Positions 47,628 through 64,000 of a stretch of DNA of 64,000 nt are shown here, piece by piece. Location of the stretch: the NCBI RefSeq assembly GCF_009914755.1, contig NC_060926.1; one strand, 5' to 3'. The stretch comes from the human T2T-CHM13v2.0 reference genome, Homo sapiens. The notes under the pieces were generated by a model. That model worked only from the letters and a program-made list of their open reading frames with translations. It was not told the DNA's origin and searched no databases. The position numbers were made by a program, and so were the translations under genes. How positions within the stretch are numbered: the stretch's first letter is position 1; the number at the start of each line of letters is the position of its first letter.

Positions 47628-48350
47628 CAGAAGGTATGTCTTTTCTTTAACACATTCTACTGTAATATATCTCATTTTAATCATCTTATACCCAGGGTAC
47701 CTTTCAGCCTTAGTTGGTTGTAATAGACTGTAATTTTTACTTTGAATTTTACACTTGTGTCACAATTTAGCCATTAGATTCTCTTTCTTCAGCTGAGTGG
47801 CTTCTTGATGCTTTCTGAAGGCACTCTTGAAAGCATCTGTGCTTTTTGATAATAAGATATCCTGCCCCTAAACTGTAACTAGCTCATTTTCAAAGAGTAC
47901 TGGCTTGTTTTAGAGGAGACTAGTGGTAGAGATAAAAATCTGCTCTGGGAGGTACATGAGATTGTTCCACAGAATGAGGAGAGGTAGACAGGATGACATA
48001 AGATAAGAAGCTACTTGAGTCAGCAGAGGAATTACTCTTTTAAAAAGTGAAGAGTTTCTGTTGCTAATTCCAGTTTAAGTTCTTTTCTGTCTCATAATCT
48101 GATTTCCCCTTTCTCTAATAGTTTTATTTTATATAGGCACATGAAAGATACGTTTATAATGTCCTCTAGATGTAGACATTTCCATTTCTTTTTTCTTTTT
48201 GAATCTTACTCAAGTGGCCCGAGTTGTTTCCCAAGTCTGCTGTTCAGTTTCTCCTTGTTGCCATCCCTTGAGACTCAACTGCCTGAAAAGTAAGAGAAAC
48301 CCAGGCTAACCTCAAGGAAACACCAGAGAAAACATAGGCACAACATTCGT

Positions 48351-48711
48351 TGTATTAGTCTGTTCTCATACTCCTTTAAAGAACTACCTGAGACCGGGTA
48401 ATTTATGAAGAAAAGAGGTTTAGTCGACTCAAGAGTTCTGCAGACTGTACAGGAGGCATGGCTGTGGAGGCCTCAGAAAGCTTACAATCATGGCAGAAGG
48501 CAAAGGGGAAGCAGGCATGTCTTCATGTGGCAGTAGGAAAGAGTGAACACACTTATAAACAAGTAGATCTCCTGAGAACTCTATCACAAGACCAGCAACA
48601 GGGATAGTTGCCACCGTGATCCAGTCACCTCCCACCAGGCCCCTCTGCCAACACTGGGGATTACAATTCCACATGAGATTTTGGGTGGGGACACAGAGCC
48701 AAACCATATCA
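48351..48711 (-). mobile_element. MSTA-type solo LTR
   Basis: TGTATTAGTC..AAAGAACTACCTGAGAC..GGAGGCATGGC..ACACAGAGCCAAACCATATCA. Confidence 0.85.
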
Positions 48712-48810
48712 TCTGGCAAATCAGATGTTCACCCACACAATTAGTACATAATACTCCAAGATATCAGGAAATCTCAGGATCCTTAAGGTTTTACCTAAAA
48801 GTCTCTTTTA

Positions 48811-49405
<595 letters not shown>

Positions 49406-50560
49406 CCATTAGAAATGTAAAGAAATTGACCACAGAAGTTCAGGAGACTCCTGTTACTCCACGTTTTTATATTCACTGTGTCCTGTAACCGCCTGCGAAG
49501 TTGCATGGCTGTGTTTCAGTCAGGTTTTGTATTTGTCATGACTACGTAGTTCTCAGTACCTTTTCTAGTAATTTTTAGCCTGTTCTCATTTTTTTTTGTA
49601 TGAAATATACTGGGAATTCACATTATGGATGCAGGAAGCTGTAGTATGAATATAAATATCTAGGATTTGACGTGAATGCGTACGTGCTTTGCCCTCTCAT
49701 TTTTTTGTGTTCTGGGTTAATAACCCCACTGCACAGATGTGATACTGTCTACAACATTCCTTCCTTTTTGTTTCGCCTGTTTCTTCTGCTGTACTAAGCT
49801 ACATGAGAGTAGCATTTTGGCTTGGTCACTGCTGTATCCTTAGTGTCTAGGACAAGGCTGGACACAAGTAAGGTGTTCTAAGAATATTTAATGAAAATAT
49901 GATGCTGGTAGTTCTCTGCTTCAAATCCTTTTGGAAGTAAAATGATTGTTTTAGGATATTTTAGGCTGTAAGTTGCAGGAAACCAAATTCAACCATCTTA
50001 AGTGATAAACCCATCATGCTGCTTAGTAGAAAGTCTTGGGTAAGGGTGGGTTTGGGGGTTGGTGAAGTAAGTGGCTCAGCAGTGTGAGCTCTGCTGTCTC
50101 TGCGTCAGCTGCCCCCAGCCGGTTCCTCATGGTCAGAAGGTGGCTGCCAGCACAGTGAGCAGCAGTGTGCTTCCCTGTTAACATCATCTTAGAGACAGGG
50201 AGACTGGCTTTTGTTTGCTGGGGATTGTATGTTTGAGAACCTAAATGTGGTAGAGAAAGATTGGGGAAAAATGAAAAACATTTCGTTTCTTGGTAAGGAC
50301 AGATAGCATGAATTGAAAAAAACTGCAAAGAGAGCAAGAAGCTTCAGCGTGCATGATTTTGGAGATGCCGGAGTATGGGGTGACTGAGGCTTGTGGCACT
50401 CTTTTTAAAGGTTTGGAGAAAGATGAGAAGTCAGCCATGCTTAGATATGGGGAAGGAGCTACATTAGAGACTCATTTGTTCTTCTGAGGTGCCCACTTGC
50501 GCTTGTGCTAACCTTACCAACCTTAGTGCCTTAAAGAAATAGCTAAAAAAGCTAAAGCAA

Positions 50561-52460
<1,900 letters not shown>

Positions 52461-52913
52461 TTTTTTTGCCCTGACCTGGCCACTCCACGTCACTCACTGC
52501 TGACACCAGTGCAGCACCCCTGCCTGGGCCATGTGGACCCCACTGGGAACGCCAAATGTAGGCACCTCAGGGCTCCAGCAAGCCACGAGAATCCCCCATG
52601 TCCTTGACAGAGCTAAATCCTGTGTCCCTGGGGCTGCTTTATGTTTGTTGAGTGGTGTTAGACTCGGTCAGGTGGGCTGGGTGGTGAGGCTGAAGGCGAG
52701 TGTGGGAGGAAGGGAGGGGGTACAGAGTGCGGGGCACATGAACCCCAATGAGGAGGTGTTTGTTAAATGCCAGGGGGGCACTGAGCTAAAATGGCCTTGG
52801 GCCCTTCCTCAGCTGATGCTGAAGGGGATAAGGATAGAGACTCGGGCCGGACAGGCTATTCTCTTTCTGGGTATGATTTTGAACCTGCCTGTTTTTGTTC
52901 TGTAGGTGAAGAG

Positions 52914-52950
52914 ATGGCGTTTGTGAAGAGTGGCTGGTTGCTGCGACAGA
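52914..52950 (+). CDS. PLEKHB2: PLEKHB2 (evectin-2) first coding exon; whole exon 52906-52950
   Basis: Acceptor TTCTGTAG at 52905. GAGATGG start, MAFVKSGWLLRQ(S), the PH-domain beta1 motif. Donor AGA|GTGAGT. Confidence 0.96.
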
Positions 52951-53204
52951 GTGAGTACAGGATGTGCGGTCTGCGATCGGCATTGCCGAAGGGCAGTCTC
53001 TATTTCTGTTTGCTTAAAGTTGATCATATTTAAAAGCAAATAACAAAGTTTTATGAGTGCTATGGCCTTGAGTTTCCCCTTGGACATTCCTAGATCTCTG
53101 TGAACTGTCTTGCACACCACGGAGCTCCTCCTTGGTTGCTGAGTTGACAGGAACCAGGAAATGATGGCAGTCCCTGCTGCTTTCGCTCTCCTCACTAGCA
53201 TGCT

Positions 53205-57049
<3,845 letters not shown>

Positions 57050-57523
57050 AAAATGTGTTTTTTCAAAAGAGAAAGATATTATTTTTATTTGCGTATAGAG
57101 ACTTCACAGTCCAGCATTTTCTGATCAATCTGGCAATTTAGACAATATTTGGAAATTTAGAAAGTTGAAAAGTTTGAGAGGTTTAAAGTTTAGTACTGTA
57201 TGAGGAATTAAATGTTAGATATGTTTCATTTGCTGAAAAGCAAGCTTTTTAATAGAAACCCTAACCGGAAAGTGTTGGAACTTCTAAGTTGGTTGGCAGC
57301 ATTCTCTGTTGACAGTGTGTGCTGCATGCAGCCTGTTAAAGCACCAGTTGGCGGGCCCTGTGCTCTGCTTTCCCTTTCATTGTGAGGGACTGCTTTGGGT
57401 AATTCTATACAGGTGTAATTAAGGGGCCAGGGGAAGAGTTCTTTTTGTTTCTGCTGTGAATTAGAGGACTATGTCCTTGCTCTTTTGGCGCAAAGCCAAC
57501 CTTTCAGATTTCTAAATTTTGAA

Positions 57524-57693
57524 GGCTGAGCATGGTGGCATGTGCCTGTAGTCGCAGCTAAACGGGAGGCTGAAATGGGAGGATTGCTTGAGCCCAGGAG
57601 TTCAAGGCTGCAGTGACCTATGATCATGTTTGTGAATAGCCACTGCATTCCAACTTGGGCGAAATAGTAAGACTGTCTCTAAAAAAAAAAAAA
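57524..57693 (+). mobile_element. FAM (fossil Alu monomer)
   Basis: Monomer retaining the 7SL-like TGTGAATAGCCACTGCA segment, with A tail. Confidence 0.8.
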
Positions 57694-57718
57694 CAACCGT
57701 ACTATTTTTTTTTTCCAG

Positions 57719-57871
57719 GTACTATTTTGAAGCGCTGGAAGAAGAACTGGTTTGATCTGTGGTCGGATGGTCACCTGATCTATTATGATGACCAGACTCG
57801 GCAGAATATCGAGGATAAGGTCCACATGCCAATGGACTGCATCAACATCCGCACGGGGCAGGAATGTCGGG
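57719..57871 (+). CDS. PLEKHB2: PLEKHB2 exon 3 (153 nt, phase 1-1), PH domain
   Basis: (S)TILKRWKKNWFDLWSDGHLIYYDDQTRQNIEDKVHMPMDCINIRTGQECR. Acceptor TTCCAG, donor GGG|GTAAGC. Confidence 0.97.
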
Positions 57872-58211
57872 GTAAGCTGGCCTGTCTTGGCCAACTTCTG
57901 TCTTCTGCTCTTCCTCTGTCTTGCTGGGAGCTTGGTCCTCTTCCTTCCCTGTTCTGCTTTCATTAACAGATTGAAGAAGGGCTCCATCTCAGAGGGGCGA
58001 CCACAGTGGGGCCCCAGGCACTTAGATTATGAACCACATGGTCGGGAAATATCAGTGTTCTCAGTCCACGTCCCTCGTTCTCGTGGAGAGGGAGCCAGAG
58101 CTCTGGGAACCTCAGGAAGCACAGGCCACCCTAGACTACGTTGATTTTGTACTCAGAAACTGGCTTCTGTTTGATGGTGACTCCAGTCAATTGCTTAAAA
58201 TCTGGGATGTT

Positions 58212-58442
58212 GGCCAGGCATGGTGGCTCATGCCTGTAATCCCAGCACTTTGGGAGGCCGAGGTGGGTGGATCACGAGGGCAGGAGTTCAAGACCACCCT
58301 GGCCAAGATGGTGAAACCCCAACTCTACTAAAAATACAAAAAAATTAGCCAGGTGTGGTGGCAGGTGCCTGTAATCTGGCTACTCAGGAGGCTGAGGTAG
58401 AGAATTGCTTGAACCCGGGAGTCAGAGGTTGCAGTGAGCCGA
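58212..58442 (+). mobile_element. AluSg-type, 3'-truncated (no tail)
   Basis: Ends abruptly at GCAGTGAGCCGA. Confidence 0.85.
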
Positions 58443-58649
58443 ATATATTTTGTGGACGTCATCTTGGCAGCTGGTCTTGTCAGTCAGCCTAGCTATGTTC
58501 TTTCTGCATTCTTGGAAAGGCAGAGGGTTCTTTCATAGATGTAGCACTTGATTTATTGTCTAGTCCTTTGCTTCTCTGAGCTGGTAGTTCTTAGAAAATG
58601 TAAGAAGAAATCCTGAAAAAAGTTCCTTTATTCTGCTTATTTTTCATAG

Positions 58650-58752
58650 ATACTCAGCCCCCGGATGGAAAGTCAAAAGACTGCATGCTCCAGATTGTTT
58701 GTCGAGATGGGAAAACAATTAGTCTTTGTGCAGAAAGCACAGATGATTGCTT
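58650..58752 (+). CDS. PLEKHB2: PLEKHB2 exon 4 (103 nt), PH domain
   Basis: (D)TQPPDGKSKDCMLQIVCRDGKTISLCAESTDDC(L). Acceptor TTCATAG, donor CTT|GTAAGT. Phase consistent. Confidence 0.96.
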
Positions 58753-59080
58753 GTAAGTTTTGCTTTCTTATGTGTTTAATTTAAAAAGTATTTTCTATTT
58801 TAACTTCTGATTACCAAAAAATGAAAAGAAAGGGCGTGGAGTTTTCTTTCAGGCATCAGAATAAGGGACTCAGTGGATGTATGAGAGAAATGCAAGAGTC
58901 GCTTTTCCAATTCTAGTTTCTGCCTCTCTCAGACTGCCTAGGCCGATCCCATTGTGGTGAAAATGGCAGAAAGGAATAGCAGTCTCATCATGCTGTCTTT
59001 CATTATTAGATTCACAGTGGGTAACGGGCATAGTTGAAATAAAATGACCAGAAAAGCAAGAAAGTAAAGAGTAAGGAAAC

Positions 59081-59539
59081 TGTCAGTTCCTAGGGCTGCT
59101 GTCACAAATTGCTGAACACTGAGTGACGGAAATGGCAGAAATTCATTGTCTCATAGTTCTGGAGGCTGGAAGTCTGGAATCAGTGTGTCAGCAGATCCTT
59201 GCTCCCTCTGAGATGCTGGGTAGGATCCTTTCTTGCCTCTTCCTAGCTTCTGGTGGTTGCTGGTAGTCCTTGGTGTTCTTTGGCTGACAGCCACATCACT
59301 CCGGTCTCTGCCTCTGTTGTCACATGGCCTTCTTCGGCTGTGTCTGTGTCCAGAATTCTCTTTTCTTATAAAGGACACCAATCATAATGGATTAAGGACC
59401 CACCTTAATTCACTATGACCTTATCTTAATTTGATTCCATATGCAAATATCCTATTTCCACATAAGGTCCCATTTGAGGGTACTGGGGATTAGGATTTAT
59501 ACATATCTTTTTCATGAGGACACAATTGAACCCATAATA
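59081..59539 (-). mobile_element. MLT1B/C solo LTR
   Basis: TTCCTAGGGCTGCTGTCACAAAT..AGTTCTGGAGGCTGGAAGTC..GACACAATTGAACCCATAATA. Confidence 0.85.
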
Positions 59540-60725
59540 GAGACTTTTGAGAAAGATGGTGAAATGGATTAGAGATCATCTTCCCTGAGGGGAAAACATT
59601 TCAATGGTGCAACCAAATAAAGAAGTTTGATCTCAAGCACAAACTACAAACAGTTAAAGAAAGAAATAGATGATTCTACTGAGATGTTCTTCAATCCTAC
59701 CCGAATCCCAGAAGCAGTGACAAGATGAGTTAATTAAATCTTGCAAATTTTCAGTATTACCCTGTAATCTGGAGTGATGCTGATTAAGTGTAAGTTACTT
59801 TTTGGAAAAGCTAGGGAAAAAATCCTTAAGAATGTGATGTCCTTGGGGCCTCAGCAGAGGCTGGACGGTTCTCCCAGGACTCATCATTGCAGGGCAGTGA
59901 AAGGCACTGAAGCTCACAGGAGTTGGGTAATTTTCTGTCTGGTGAAGTGAGCCCTAGCATGGGACATTCAAAGGAATATGCTCAGAAGAGAGTGTAGGAC
60001 CCAGAGTTTTCAGAAAAGACTTACTCGGTCTCAGAAGAAATGTCCTTCTCTTCTAGCCCTGTGCCCTCAGATTACAGAATGTTGATTGTGAGGGTAACAC
60101 CTAGCCATCAAACTGTTGCTGGGCTGGACTGAGGTAGAACAGGGTGGAACTACCAGTTGATACCAGATTAGGTAGGAAGCGTGTCAAGGAGAAATAACTC
60201 ATACTTTATGAGAGCAAACAGCAGTTTTAGATATCACTTACCATGTTAAACGTGAGCAGGATGTAAAGAAGTGGCTTGGCAACTATGCAGATATACCATG
60301 AAGGAAAAATAAGAAAAGGAAAATGCAAGCCTCAGGAAAAGCTCCTAGAGTGGAGGAAAATAAAACCCAAGAAACAGGAGCAGAGTCTTCAGGAATGCTT
60401 TCCTGGCCACCATATTTAAAATTGTATCTCCCTGTCCCCATACACACTCACCATCTATCAACTATTTATCTTGTTCATCATCTGCTTTCATTAGAATATA
60501 TGCTGTGTGAGGGCAGAGATTTATGTTTCTTTTCTGCTCTTTTGTGTCTGTAACTTAGAAGGTCTGTTGCTGTCAAGAGGGTGCCATTCACGTTATAATC
60601 TGAAGAAAGTGGTCTTCCCTTCAATACAACCCCAAATGAAAAGTGAATCATTGGCATGGAAGAAAAGACTGGAGATACTCTCAGTGACAGGAAAAAGATG
60701 AAAAGATCAGAGATATGTTAGACTA

Positions 60726-64000
<3,275 letters not shown>

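Noticed and set aside
52901-52913. AG|GT recursive splice site at the exon 2 acceptor (also at exon 3)
   Set aside because: The regenerated donors (GTGAAG, GTACTA) lack +5 G, and the introns are short for recursive splicing.
57524-57693. 7SL RNA gene or pseudogene
   Set aside because: Lacks the 7SL S domain. Length and sequence fit the FAM monomer SINE.

Overview
Primate (human or great-ape) genomic DNA, not prokaryotic. It is very Alu-rich and carries the 5' halves of two divergently transcribed genes, each with its own CpG-island promoter, about 11.9 kb apart. FAM168B (MANI) is on the minus strand: non-coding exon 1 ~25183-25430, exon 2 14871-14951 with ATG at 14940, exon 3 4145-4228, continuing off the left edge. 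PLEKHB2 (evectin-2) is on the plus strand: non-coding exon 1 ~37320-37383, exons 2-5 at 52906-52950, 57719-57871, 58650-58752 and 62682-62721, encoding essentially the whole PH domain and continuing off the right edge. Gene identity rests on recalled protein sequences plus phase-consistent GT-AG junctions. The rest is intron or intergenic DNA filled with Alus (J/S/Y, FLAM, FAM), old L1/L2/MIR, MaLR/ERV LTRs and hAT MITEs. Almost all ORFs in the supplied track are repeat-derived noise. Repeat boundaries and subfamilies are by-eye estimates. I found no convincing new biological system. The best leads are regulatory or evolutionary: two candidate N-terminal extensions of PLEKHB2, a triple tandem splice donor in FAM168B, a FAM element abutting a 3' splice site, a candidate Alu/MIR uORF exon, circRNA-prone exon 3 architecture, a tail-less Alu joining two truncated elements, and re-used Alu insertion sites.
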